Shown here piece by piece: positions 28,244 through 38,484 of a DNA stretch of 64,000 nt. A program made the position numbers and the translations under genes. Under the pieces are notes generated by a model. That model did not search any database, was not told the origin of the DNA, and was given only the letters and a program-made list of their open reading frames with translations. Source of the DNA: an uncultured Clostridium sp. (GTDB lineage Bacteria; Bacillota_I; Bacilli_A; RF39; UBA660); contig CAZBAZ010000002.1 in the NCBI GenBank assembly GCA_964490375.1, positions 4,448 through 68,447 of the forward strand, written 5' to 3'. Positions within the stretch are counted from its first letter, which is position 1. Each line of letters begins with the position of its first letter.

Positions 28244-30676
28244 TTACATATTATCTCTAAATTTACTATATAACATTGATATATCCCCAATATCTAATCC
28301 ATCCGTATCATTTACTTCAGCAGACTTTAAATAGCAAAAATCTAAATTATTAGTAATTCCTAAAGAATTATTTCTAAAAGCACTATATGCAGCTGAAACA
28401 TCTCCAATATCTAATAAACCATTACCATTTACATCCCCTTCAACAATTAAATAAAAATTATTTTCTCCGATACTATACTTCATACAAGAAGCAATACTAC
28501 TATCTTTATCATCAATTAATTCATCATTTTTGTATAAACTAATAGATTGATTACTATCAGATTTAGACAATAAATCACTATATATACTTCCAACATTCAG
28601 TCCAGAAAGATAATCTTTGTCATTATTCTTTAAAACTTTAATAGATTGATCAAAATTATAATATGGTATAGCAAGTACATTAACGTTAATTTCCTTAAAT
28701 ATCAAATTATTGTCCAAAGATACAATTTTTATTATAGAATTCCCAATCTTTTTTCCATAAATTGTGTCATTTACTACATTAATATTATCATTTGATAATT
28801 CATATTTAATCATTCTATTACTTGCATCAGTTGGAGTTAAACTATATATTTTTCCTAAATCATACTCTTCATTTTCATATATTGAAATATCAGGGTTAGA
28901 TACGCTTATATCATCAACATAAATATATTCATTTAAATTAAATTTTTTTGTTTTAGTAATATAGCCATATTTTACCACTAAATTATATTCTCCACTGCAT
29001 TCTTTATCATTTCTAAAAAAACTAAAACTATTTAATGAATCAGATTTAATAGAAAATTTATTTGTAACATCTTCTTCGTTTTCATCAGTGATACTTATTT
29101 CATAATCACCATTATTAATATTTGAAGTATCTAAACTAACATTATAAATATCTTTTCCATCAGTATATGAAATATCTTTTATATCAAAATCATAATCTAA
29201 ATTATCAGTATAAGCTTTTATTGATATTACAGCATTTGAGTCAGACAAATTATACCATTCTTCACCATCTTTAGAAATAAAGCATATTCCTTCACCTGAC
29301 CTAGTATTTTCATATCCACTCACATCACCACTTTGTACTCCCATTGAATATGGAGAATCACCAGAATATCTTACAATTATAGAAAAGTCATCGCTAACTA
29401 ATATTGGAGTATCTAATTTAATTGTATTGTAACCGCCAGAATCAGTGCTTCCACTATATATCAATTTTCTATTATTTAAGTCATTACTATCAGCATAATA
29501 AACTAAATAATCAGCTTTCTTATTAAAACCAATACTTACTTCCTTTAATATTTGATAATTATCAGAATTCTTTTTAAAAACATTAGCGCCCCATGATACA
29601 TTACTATCAGAATAACCATATCCAAGATTATATCCAAGATTGTCATAATAATATACATTATCCTCAATATCAAAATCAACATTATCATAAACAGCTAAAT
29701 TAGTACAAATTTTACTATCCTCATATGATATATAAAAGTATCCATTATCTCTACTAGATGTTCCCCATGAATTTTTTATAATAAATGCACCTTTATTTGA
29801 TGGTGTTATATCGCTTCTAAACAATGAAGTATCAGCATTATCATCCCATCCAATAATACTAACTGAATGATTAGTATACTCAGTACCATTATAGTAATAC
29901 ATATTATTTTCACTGATATATGCATTATCATCATAATATGAAGCAGAAACAGCACCATATTTCATAATTAATTCTTTTATCTTTTTTATAGATGTCGAAT
30001 TACATGAATCATAACTATAAAATATAGCATCATTAACATCAACTACACTTTTTTTATTTAATTCACTTAAAGATATTTCTTTTAAATAATTGTTATTGGT
30101 TTTTTCAGATAAAAAATAACTATCAAATGGAAATTCACTTTCTAAAATTAATCCACCATTTCTCATCAAATATCCAGAAGCATAATATTTATTACCACCA
30201 CTATCAACTATTTTATTATTAATTCCATTTTCATTAACGCCATCCAAAAAATAATTATATCCAGTAGAATAAGCACCATATATTTCAGATAAATCATATG
30301 TTCGATTATAATTTTTTAATATATTTGATTCAACAGAAGAAACCATACTAAACAACCAACATGTACTAGTTGAGCGTTGATTTTTAACATCAGTAATATA
30401 TGAATTTCCACTAATATCTCTTAAATCATATTTTTCAGGTAATAAATTTTCACTTACAATATCAAAAGATTTTAAACTTTTCTTTTTAAGTAAATTATTA
30501 TACGTGCTATCCTCACAAACTTTTGGCATTATACTATTCTTTTTTTCTTCATCAGATAATTTACTCCATTTTATATATTCATCACTATAAACACATTTAC
30601 CAGAAGTTTCTGAAGCAAAAATAGAGTTAAAACAAATAAAATAAATTAAACAAAATAATAATACATATCTTTTCAT
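28244..30676 (-). CDS. secreted papain-like (C1A) cysteine peptidase with Big_2 domain and C-terminal type-I dockerin
   Basis: Signal peptide MKRYVLLFCLIYFICFNSIFA. Start reset to ATG 30674-76. VKNQRSTSTCWLFS (Gln/Cys), NHSVSIIGWD (His), IKNSWG (Asn). Big_2-like IYGKKIGNSIIKIV. Dockerin duplicated loops GDVNGNGLLDIGDVSAAYSAF / NDTDGLDIGDISMLYSKF. Confidence 0.75.
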   Translation of the reverse strand: MKRYVLLFCLIYFICFNSIFASETSGKCVYSDEYIKWSKLSDEEKKNSIMPKVCEDSTYNNLLKKKSLKSFDIVSENLLPEKYDLRDISGNSYITDVKNQRSTSTCWLFSMVSSVESNILKNYNRTYDLSEIYGAYSTGYNYFLDGVNENGINNKIVDSGGNKYYASGYLMRNGGLILESEFPFDSYFLSEKTNNNYLKEISLSELNKKSVVDVNDAIFYSYDSCNSTSIKKIKELIMKYGAVSASYYDDNAYISENNMYYYNGTEYTNHSVSIIGWDDNADTSLFRSDITPSNKGAFIIKNSWGTSSRDNGYFYISYEDSKICTNLAVYDNVDFDIEDNVYYYDNLGYNLGYGYSDSNVSWGANVFKKNSDNYQILKEVSIGFNKKADYLVYYADSNDLNNRKLIYSGSTDSGGYNTIKLDTPILVSDDFSIIVRYSGDSPYSMGVQSGDVSGYENTRSGEGICFISKDGEEWYNLSDSNAVISIKAYTDNLDYDFDIKDISYTDGKDIYNVSLDTSNINNGDYEISITDENEEDVTNKFSIKSDSLNSFSFFRNDKECSGEYNLVVKYGYITKTKKFNLNEYIYVDDISVSNPDISIYENEEYDLGKIYSLTPTDASNRMIKYELSNDNINVVNDTIYGKKIGNSIIKIVSLDNNLIFKEINVNVLAIPYYNFDQSIKVLKNNDKDYLSGLNVGSIYSDLLSKSDSNQSISLYKNDELIDDKDSSIASCMKYSIGENNFYLIVEGDVNGNGLLDIGDVSAAYSAFRNNSLGITNNLDFCYLKSAEVNDTDGLDIGDISMLYSKFRDNM

Positions 30677-30791
30677 AACTTCATTTACTACACCTATTGT
30701 AGTAATTATATCAAAAATACAAATATCTAACAACCAAAAATTAGTCAAAAAATCAACAAATATAAGTTATAATTTTTAACAAAAAAACAGG

Positions 30792-31439
30792 TTATTTTGA
30801 CCTGTTAATCCATTTAGTTAAATCATTTATATTTATTTTATATAAAATACCCCTCACATTTTCGAAACCAACATGTTTAAACACTAATTGAGATTTTTTA
30901 TTTTTAGAACTTATAGTACCATAAATATCACTATATAAATCTTTATTACTATTATTTACTAATTGTTGAAGCATTTTTCTTAATATATTATACTTACCTT
31001 GATATTCTTTTTTTATCTGTACTTCAGAAAGCATTAAACCATCATCCATATACATATAACATATAAATCCTATAAGTTCATGATTCATAAAACACAAAAG
31101 CATATTATAGCCTTTTGTATTTTTAATCATATTAACCCAAATATCATATGAATTATCAACTGAATCATTAGTATTGTTTATTAAATTATAATTATCAACT
31201 AATATCTGACACATATCTAAAAGAATTTTAGTCTCCGGTAAATTATCTTTATTAAAAAAATCATAGCTAAAATCTTCTTTAAATTCCGAAATTAAAAGAT
31301 TACATAACTCGCAATATTCTTTAGGAGCTATTTCATAACTTCCTGTCTCTAATTGAAATTTTCCAGGACAACATCTACAGTAGTCATTACATTTAGAATC
31401 AGTACTAAAACGAAGTTTATAACTATTATTTCTAAACAT
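30792..31439 (-). CDS. hypothetical protein with Cys-rich N-terminus and GNAT-like C-terminal region
   Basis: CNDYCRCCPGKF...CELC cluster. GFICYMYMDDGLMLSEVQIKKEYQGKYN resembles GNAT motif A. Confidence 0.35.
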   Translation of the reverse strand: MFRNNSYKLRFSTDSKCNDYCRCCPGKFQLETGSYEIAPKEYCELCNLLISEFKEDFSYDFFNKDNLPETKILLDMCQILVDNYNLINNTNDSVDNSYDIWVNMIKNTKGYNMLLCFMNHELIGFICYMYMDDGLMLSEVQIKKEYQGKYNILRKMLQQLVNNSNKDLYSDIYGTISSKNKKSQLVFKHVGFENVRGILYKININDLTKWINRSK

Positions 31440-31463
31440 ATTTAATTCATCACTTTTTCATTA

Positions 31464-32570
31464 CTATTTGGTAACATTAAATCTAAATAAGCAAATATCT
31501 CCATCTTGCATTACATAATCTTTGCCCTCAAGTCTTGCTCTACCTGCTTCTTTAACTTTAACTTCACTTCCATATTGAATTAAATCATCATAACTCATAA
31601 CTTCTGCTTTAATAAATCCTCTTTCAAAATCAGTATGAATTAAACCTGCACATTCTGGAGCTTTCATTCCATCTTTAAAAGTCCACGCGCGAACTTCATC
31701 TTTTCCAACTGTAAAGAAAGTTTTAAGTCCAAGTAAATGGTATGTATTATGAATAAGTTGATCTAGTCCACTATTAGCAATACCTAAATCAGCTAAAAAC
31801 TCTTTTTTACTTTCTTCATCTAATTCAGATAATTCGCTTTCAATCTTAGCACACATAAGAACTACAGAAGATTTTTCACGAGAAGCATACTCACGAACAC
31901 TATTAACATATTTATTATCATCTGAAAGTAAATCATCTTCACTTACATTTGCTAAATAAATAAAAGGTTTATTAGTAATTAAATTATATGTTTTAATTAA
32001 TTTTGATTCTTTTTCATCAAATTCTTCTAATCTAAGCATTCTTCCTTCACTTAGAATGCTTTGAAGTTTCTTAAGTAGTGCAACCTCATATAAACCTTCT
32101 TTATCATTAGAAGTAGTAGCTTTCTTTTCAATTCTAGAAAGTCTTCCCTCAACTATTTCTAAATCGCTTAATATTAATTCATAATTAACAATTTCTATAT
32201 CCCTAATTGGATCAATACTTCCTTCTACATGAATAATATCTTTATTTTCAAAACATCTAACAACTTGAACAATAGCATCTACTTCACGAATATTTGCTAA
32301 AAATTTATTTCCAAGTCCTTCTCCAGTGGATGCTCCTTTTACAAGTCCAGCTATATCAATAAATTCATATTGAGTAGCAATTACTCTTTCTGGCTTATAC
32401 ATTTCATCTAATGTTTCAAGTCTTTTATCTGGAACAGTTACAACTCCTACATTAGGATCAATAGTTGCAAAAGGATAATTTGCAGCCAGAATATTCTTTT
32501 TAGTAATTGCATTAAATAATGTACTTTTACCTACATTGGGTAAACCTATAATTCCTGCCTTAAGCGCCAT
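31464..32570 (-). CDS. ychF: redox-regulated ribosome-binding ATPase YchF
   Basis: MALKAGIIGLPNVGKSTLFNAIT and a C-terminal TGS domain. The track start (GTG at 32579) was moved to ATG 32568-70. The first 11 nt overlap the upstream transporter gene. Confidence 0.9.
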   Translation of the reverse strand: MALKAGIIGLPNVGKSTLFNAITKKNILAANYPFATIDPNVGVVTVPDKRLETLDEMYKPERVIATQYEFIDIAGLVKGASTGEGLGNKFLANIREVDAIVQVVRCFENKDIIHVEGSIDPIRDIEIVNYELILSDLEIVEGRLSRIEKKATTSNDKEGLYEVALLKKLQSILSEGRMLRLEEFDEKESKLIKTYNLITNKPFIYLANVSEDDLLSDDNKYVNSVREYASREKSSVVLMCAKIESELSELDEESKKEFLADLGIANSGLDQLIHNTYHLLGLKTFFTVGKDEVRAWTFKDGMKAPECAGLIHTDFERGFIKAEVMSYDDLIQYGSEVKVKEAGRARLEGKDYVMQDGDICLFRFNVTK

Positions 32571-34092
32571 AAACAACACCAGGCATTGAACCTATTCCAA
32601 TTGGAACTCCTAATAAATACCAACCAACAATTACTCCAACCCAAATAATAGTTATAAATGTTGAATATGGTACCATATATTTTATACTTCCGAACAAAGT
32701 AACCATCTCCCCTTTATTGTATTTCTCCATAAATGCAATATAAATTACAAAATATGCAAATAATGGAGTCAATCCAGTTGTAATTGAATCAGCAGCAGTA
32801 TATATTACTTGTGAAAATTCAGGACTAATACTTGCATTCATAAGTAATGGTACAATACTACCTGATAAAATTAACCATTTTGTTTCGGAAACTGGACAAA
32901 ATAAATTAGATAAAGCAACAAATAATATAACAGCTAATATAAGTCCAATTCCATTAAATCCAAGTCCACTAATAATATTAGAAGTAAAAGCAGTAATTAC
33001 TTCACCAATCTTGCTTTCTTCAAAAACATTAATAAATAATGATGCAAAGAAAATAAGAACTATAATACTACCTATTCCATCTAAAGAATAACCAAGTGAC
33101 TCAGCAATATCTTTATTATTTCTAATAGATTTAGTCATAAAACCATAACCAAGTCCAATAATTACAAAAAATAATGTAGCAATAAATATAAATCCTTTAT
33201 TAAATAAAGAATTTGCTCCAAATAACATATCTATATATCTTGTAGCACTAGAATCTAATAAACCACCACTAAGTGGTAAACCAGGTATAATCATATAAAT
33301 TATAATTAATAAATAAATAAAACCTGCTCCAAGACCTATAATTAATCCCCTTAATTCTTTATTAGTTATTTTAAACTCTTCTTCTTCCAAAGTTTCATAT
33401 CTTGGTAATTTAGGCATAATCTTCTTCTCTGTCAATTGCGTAAATACCAAAGAAACTAATATTAAAACAAGAACCATTATATATAATGAGAAAAATATAC
33501 CAATTTTATAATTAGAATCAATAATTTTAGCTGCACTTAAAGTTATAGATAATAAATTACTATCATTAGCACTTAAAAATATATTAATTCCACTACCAAA
33601 TGATAATGATGCGAATGATGCAACTATTCCACCTAAAGGATTTCTTCTTCCATACTTAAATAATAATGCACCGATAGGTAACATAATAGCATAACCAATA
33701 TCACCTAATAGTGAAAACAATAAACACATAAATACTAATATAAATGTTATTGTATTCTTTTTAGAATTTCTAGTTAATAGTGTAAAGAATGACTTCATAA
33801 ATCCACTCTTTTCAAGTACACCAATACCTATTAAAACTATAATTAGTGTAGATAACGGAGCAAAATTAACAAATCCACTTACCGCTGTACTTACAATATG
33901 TTTAATACCACTTATACTAAATAAATTTTTAACTTCAACAACATTATTTACCAAATCTCCAGTAACTTTACTCACTGTAGCATATTCAGCCTGAACATTC
34001 AATAAATGTAAAAATCCACTTAAAAGTATAGTAATAAAAGTCAAAATAATAAATGTCATAATAGGACTTAATTTTATTTTCTTCTTAAACAT
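32560..34092 (-). CDS. AbgT-family transporter (p-aminobenzoyl-glutamate transporter-like)
   Basis: About 12 TM helices. The N-terminal region VKNLFSISGIKHIV...FVNFAPLSTLIIVLIGIGVLEKSGFM parallels the AbgT conserved block. Confidence 0.55.
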   Translation of the reverse strand: MFKKKIKLSPIMTFIILTFITILLSGFLHLLNVQAEYATVSKVTGDLVNNVVEVKNLFSISGIKHIVSTAVSGFVNFAPLSTLIIVLIGIGVLEKSGFMKSFFTLLTRNSKKNTITFILVFMCLLFSLLGDIGYAIMLPIGALLFKYGRRNPLGGIVASFASLSFGSGINIFLSANDSNLLSITLSAAKIIDSNYKIGIFFSLYIMVLVLILVSLVFTQLTEKKIMPKLPRYETLEEEEFKITNKELRGLIIGLGAGFIYLLIIIYMIIPGLPLSGGLLDSSATRYIDMLFGANSLFNKGFIFIATLFFVIIGLGYGFMTKSIRNNKDIAESLGYSLDGIGSIIVLIFFASLFINVFEESKIGEVITAFTSNIISGLGFNGIGLILAVILFVALSNLFCPVSETKWLILSGSIVPLLMNASISPEFSQVIYTAADSITTGLTPLFAYFVIYIAFMEKYNKGEMVTLFGSIKYMVPYSTFITIIWVGVIVGWYLLGVPIGIGSMPGVVYGA

Positions 34093-34286
34093 TAGTATTC
34101 CTCTACTTTCTTAAGTTTTTTATCAAATTCTATTCTATCCATCATTATAGTTCTACCACAATTAACACATTTAATCTTGATATCAACACCAACTCTAGTT
34201 ATTTCCCAAAGATTAGTTCCACATGGATGTGGTTTTTTCATAATGACTTTACTTCCTATCTTATACTCTTTATTCATATTAATCAA
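34092..34286 (-). CDS. DUF951 family protein (YyzM-like)
   Basis: KIGSKVIMKKPHPCGTNLWEITRVGVDIKIKCVNCGR. Conserved position immediately downstream of spo0J/parB. Confidence 0.7.
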   Translation of the reverse strand: MINMNKEYKIGSKVIMKKPHPCGTNLWEITRVGVDIKIKCVNCGRTIMMDRIEFDKKLKKVEEY

Positions 34287-35181
34287 CTTTCACTTCTATT
34301 TTTAGAACATTAAGAATTCTCTCTAAATCTCTTTCACTATTAAAAGGAATAACAATCTTTTTGTTTTTAATTCTTACTCTATTTCCAATAGTATCAGTTA
34401 AAGCATCTTCCACATAACCAAATGGATTAGGTTCTTTAATTCTAACAATAGCTTTTTTTCTTTTATAATTAGGATTATTAGCAATACTTTCTAATTCACG
34501 TACTGATATATGATCATTTTTAATCTTTTCAACTAATTCTTTTATCAATTCCTCATCTTGTAATTTACTTAAAACTTTAGCATGTCCCATACTTATATAT
34601 CCATGAAGAATTTCATATTTTACACTTTCAGGTAAAGTTAAAAGTCCCAACATATTAGTAACATAACTTCTACTCTTGCCAATCTTTTTAGCTAATTCTT
34701 CTTGAGTAATATTTAATGCTTTAATTAAATTATTATAAGCTTCTGCTTCTTCTATAGCACTTAAATTCTCTCTTTGAATATTTTCAAGTAATGCTATTTG
34801 CATCATCTCTTCATCACTAAAATCTTTAATAATAGCTGGAATAGTCTCAATACCAACTAATTCACAAGCTTTGGTTCTACGTTCACCAGCAACTATTTCA
34901 TATCCTTTAATACTTTTAGTAACAATAATTGGTTCTAAAACGCCAAATTCTTTAATAGAATTAGCAAGTTCAACAAGTTTTTCCTGATCAAATGTTTGTC
35001 TAGGTTGATAAGGATTACTTCTAAGTTCACTAATCTTTATTTCAACAACATCCTCTTTAGGAGTATTCTCAGCTATTTCATCTAATGTTTCAAGTGGATT
35101 TACATACAAAGATTCATTACTAAATAGTTGTTCTAATCCCTTTCCTAAAGCTTTTCTTTTATTTGTTTCCATTTCTTTCAA
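34279..35181 (-). CDS. parB: chromosome partitioning protein ParB/Spo0J
   Basis: ParB box GERRTKA, the HTH, and EDALTDTIGNRVRI dimerisation C-terminus. Confidence 0.85.
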   Translation of the reverse strand: MKEMETNKRKALGKGLEQLFSNESLYVNPLETLDEIAENTPKEDVVEIKISELRSNPYQPRQTFDQEKLVELANSIKEFGVLEPIIVTKSIKGYEIVAGERRTKACELVGIETIPAIIKDFSDEEMMQIALLENIQRENLSAIEEAEAYNNLIKALNITQEELAKKIGKSRSYVTNMLGLLTLPESVKYEILHGYISMGHAKVLSKLQDEELIKELVEKIKNDHISVRELESIANNPNYKRKKAIVRIKEPNPFGYVEDALTDTIGNRVRIKNKKIVIPFNSERDLERILNVLKIEVKVD

Positions 35182-35947
35182 TCACCTCTTTGGCTAAATT
35201 CAAATAAGCTAAAGCACCTTTACTTTTTGGATCATATTCTATAATTGGTTTTCCATGAGATGGAGCCTCAACTAATTTAACAAGTCTAGGAATAATAGTA
35301 CTAAACACTTTTTCATTAAAGAATTTTCTAACATCTTCAACAACCTCAAGTCCAAGTAAAGTTCTACCATCTAACATAGTTAAAAGAACACCTTCTATAT
35401 CTAAATTAGAATTAACCTTTTGTTGAACTCTCAATATAGTATGTAATAATTGATTAACGCCTTCTAAACTATAATATTCACATTGAATTGGTATTAAAAC
35501 TGAATCAGATGCAGCTAAAGCATTTGTTGTTAAAATACCCAAGTTAGGAGGACAATCTATAATTATATAATCATATCTATCTCTAATGGTTTCAAGCTGC
35601 TTTTTTAATTGTTCAGTAATAATAAAATCCTTATCTTGTACACTTATTTGAATAAGTTCAATATCTACACCAGCTAAATCTATCATAGCTGGAATAACAC
35701 TTAAATTCTTAAATGGTGTTTTGATAATAGTTTCTTTAATATCACACTCACCCATAATTACATTATAAACACTCTTCTTAATCTTTGATCTATTTATACC
35801 AAGACCAGTAGTGCTATTACTTTGTGGATCTAAGTCAATTAGTAAAACTTTCTTACCTAAATGTCCTAAAGAACTAGATAAATTTATACTAGTTGTTGTC
35901 TTGCCTACTCCACCTTTTTGATTTACTAATGATATAATCTTTCCCAC
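35159..35947 (-). CDS. parA: chromosome partitioning ATPase ParA/Soj
   Basis: Deviant Walker A KGGVGKTTT, A' motif and Walker B. It overlaps parB by 23 nt. Confidence 0.9.
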   Translation of the reverse strand: MGKIISLVNQKGGVGKTTTSINLSSSLGHLGKKVLLIDLDPQSNSTTGLGINRSKIKKSVYNVIMGECDIKETIIKTPFKNLSVIPAMIDLAGVDIELIQISVQDKDFIITEQLKKQLETIRDRYDYIIIDCPPNLGILTTNALAASDSVLIPIQCEYYSLEGVNQLLHTILRVQQKVNSNLDIEGVLLTMLDGRTLLGLEVVEDVRKFFNEKVFSTIIPRLVKLVEAPSHGKPIIEYDPKSKGALAYLNLAKEVIERNGNK

Positions 35948-36047
35948 TGCACATACCTTCCTTACCTATAGAATATTTTAACATATTATAAAGTGATTTA
36001 AAAGTTAAAAATATTATAAATTATTATTTTATTTTAAACTAAACAAA

Positions 36048-36071
36048 AAATAGACAACAAATAGTCTATTT
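36048..36071 (-). terminator. terminator hairpin at end of HExxH-protein gene
   Basis: aaatagac-aacaaata-gtctattt. The minus transcript is followed by a U-rich run. It overlaps the TAG stop. Confidence 0.4.
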
Positions 36072-37076
36072 AATTTTTCTTGAAATTTCAAACTCATTAA
36101 TAATCGAAAATATATCTTTACATATTTGTTCAGCATCACATTCTTCAGAGTTACATCCAAATAGAAATATCAACGACTCAAGTTCATTATTTACTTCAAG
36201 TACATTATTAAAATCCTTTATTTCATTTAAATCTATCTTTCCATCTAAATAATTTTTATATGCATTTAAACTAACAATTCCTGCAATAAAATATTCTATT
36301 TCACTAACAATATCTTCATATAAAGTTGAATCTTCTTTATCGCTTACAATAATATCTTTAATATACTCAGGATGACTTTTCATATAAAGTAACAATCCAG
36401 TAATATCATTAACATCTTCAGCCAATTCCAATGTTGAATTTATTCTCATTTTTAAATTTACATTTGCTTCATCTTTAGAATAACCATTATCAATCAAATA
36501 TTTATGAAATAAACATTCAAATATAAATGAAGATGATTCAGTTAAAATATCTCTATCATCTGAATATATTTCTCCATTTGGAATATTAGTATAATGTATA
36601 AACTCATGTAATAAAGAATAAGCATCATCTAAAGTATGTTGAAGAGGTATATTAATATTTCTTCTTTTATCAAAATCAATTATACTACCATTCACATCAT
36701 ATTTAGGTATATCATCTTCATCACAAAAAGCATCCTCACCGTATATTTTAACATCTTCTTCATTATCAATATGATATAAATTTATTGTTCCATCACTTAA
36801 CAATTTATCAAATAAAGGTGGATACTCCAAATCTATAGTTTTCAAAAATCTCTTAACAAGTTCAATTGTATCTTTCAACGTATAATATTCATGGTATATA
36901 AGTTCTTCATCCATAAATGGTTTAACATTTTCACGAAATTCATATGAAAGTTTTTCTAACAACTCTAAATTATCAAAGATTTTTATCATTTCACTTTCAG
37001 AAGAATACTCCATTAAAACTTGAGCCATTTCATTAATAGAATTTTTTTCTTCCAAATTTAATTCATCATCATACAC
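36066..37076 (-). CDS. acidic hypothetical protein with HExxH motif (putative zincin-like)
   Basis: LLHEFIHYTNIPNGE...ESSSFIFECL is HExxH with Glu 24-28 residues later (gluzincin-like spacing). A 1-nt gap separates it from the upstream FAD gene. Confidence 0.4.
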   Translation of the reverse strand: MYDDELNLEEKNSINEMAQVLMEYSSESEMIKIFDNLELLEKLSYEFRENVKPFMDEELIYHEYYTLKDTIELVKRFLKTIDLEYPPLFDKLLSDGTINLYHIDNEEDVKIYGEDAFCDEDDIPKYDVNGSIIDFDKRRNINIPLQHTLDDAYSLLHEFIHYTNIPNGEIYSDDRDILTESSSFIFECLFHKYLIDNGYSKDEANVNLKMRINSTLELAEDVNDITGLLLYMKSHPEYIKDIIVSDKEDSTLYEDIVSEIEYFIAGIVSLNAYKNYLDGKIDLNEIKDFNNVLEVNNELESLIFLFGCNSEECDAEQICKDIFSIINEFEISRKIK

Positions 37077-37077
37077 T

Positions 37078-38469
37078 TTAAATATTCTCCAATATATCTC
37101 TTGCAGAAACTAAACCAGTTGCCGAGGCAGCTACAATATTACCAGCCTTTCCAGCACCATCACCTACAAAATATATATCATAATCTTCTAATTTAAATTT
37201 ATTATTAGTTGTTATTTCATTACTAAAGAATTTAATTTCCGGACCATAAAGTAAAGTCTCATCATTATTTACACCAGGAATTATTTGATCTAATTTTTCA
37301 AGGCCTTCTAATATATTAGTAATTATTCTATGTGGTAATACTAAAGATAAATCTCCAGCAACGCAATCTTTTAAAGTAGGCTCAATAAATCCCTTATTAA
37401 TTCTTTTCCATTCACTTCTTCTTCCTTTTTTCAAATCTCTTAAAGATTGAATAATAGGTTTCCCATCACCCAAAGTATTAGCAATTCTAGCTATAGATTC
37501 TCCATATAATCTAGTATTAGTTACAGGTTCAGTTAATCCAATTTTACAAATAAATGCAAAATTTGAATTATCAGACTTAATATCTTTTAAAGAATGTCCA
37601 TTAACACATATAAATCCATAATAATTTTCTTTAGCTACAAAACCACCAGGATTAGTACAAAAAGTTCTTACCTCATCAGTATAAGTATTAGTTTTAATAA
37701 ATATAGTCGGATCATATATAACATTTGTTATATCCTCAAGAATTTCTTTTCTAACCTCAACTCTTACACCAATTTCTATACTTTGACTAGTATAAGGAAT
37801 ACTATATTTATCAGCTAATTCTTGAACCCATTTAGCACCTGTTCTTCCAGGAGCAACAACAACTTTTTTACAAGCAATACTTTCTTTATCACCATCAAAA
37901 ATTATTACATGTTCATTTTTACTTTTACTATTTATATCTTTAACATCACAATGTTCACATATATCAACACCTTTATTTTCTAAGTAATCAGTAAATCCCT
38001 TAATATATTCAGGCAACTTATCACTACCCAAATGTTTTTGTTTAATCAATAAAAGCCTTGCTCCAGTTTTAGCAACATCTTTTTTTATTTTTAAAGCCTC
38101 ATCCATATTTGAAGGATAAACATCACTATCCATTTTAAATTTAGTAAATATTTTTTCAGTATCATCTATTAAAGAATTCGCTTCACTCATACTCATATAC
38201 TTAAACAAATCGCTTTTTCCAAGCTTAGGAATAAAATTCAACTTACCATCAGAAAATGTTCCAGCTCCTCCAAAACCAGATAATATTTGACAAGTCTTAC
38301 AATTCAAGCATTTACCTCCATTTACTTTCATTGGACACATTCTAGTCTCTACTCTATTTCCTTTATCAACCAAAGCAATTTTTAGTTTTTTATTTTTTTC
38401 AACCAATTCGTAAGCACAAAATAATCCAGCAGGTCCAGCACCAATAATTACAACATCATACTTCTTCAT
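37078..38469 (-). CDS. FAD-dependent oxidoreductase (COG2509-like, with Cys cluster)
   Basis: MKKYDVVIIGAGPAGLFCAYEL Rossmann dinucleotide motif. CPMKVNGGKCLNCKTCQ cysteine cluster. C-terminal GDGAG. Confidence 0.7.
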   Translation of the reverse strand: MKKYDVVIIGAGPAGLFCAYELVEKNKKLKIALVDKGNRVETRMCPMKVNGGKCLNCKTCQILSGFGGAGTFSDGKLNFIPKLGKSDLFKYMSMSEANSLIDDTEKIFTKFKMDSDVYPSNMDEALKIKKDVAKTGARLLLIKQKHLGSDKLPEYIKGFTDYLENKGVDICEHCDVKDINSKSKNEHVIIFDGDKESIACKKVVVAPGRTGAKWVQELADKYSIPYTSQSIEIGVRVEVRKEILEDITNVIYDPTIFIKTNTYTDEVRTFCTNPGGFVAKENYYGFICVNGHSLKDIKSDNSNFAFICKIGLTEPVTNTRLYGESIARIANTLGDGKPIIQSLRDLKKGRRSEWKRINKGFIEPTLKDCVAGDLSLVLPHRIITNILEGLEKLDQIIPGVNNDETLLYGPEIKFFSNEITTNNKFKLEDYDIYFVGDGAGKAGNIVAASATGLVSARDILENI

Positions 38470-38484
38470 ATTTACTCCTTTATT

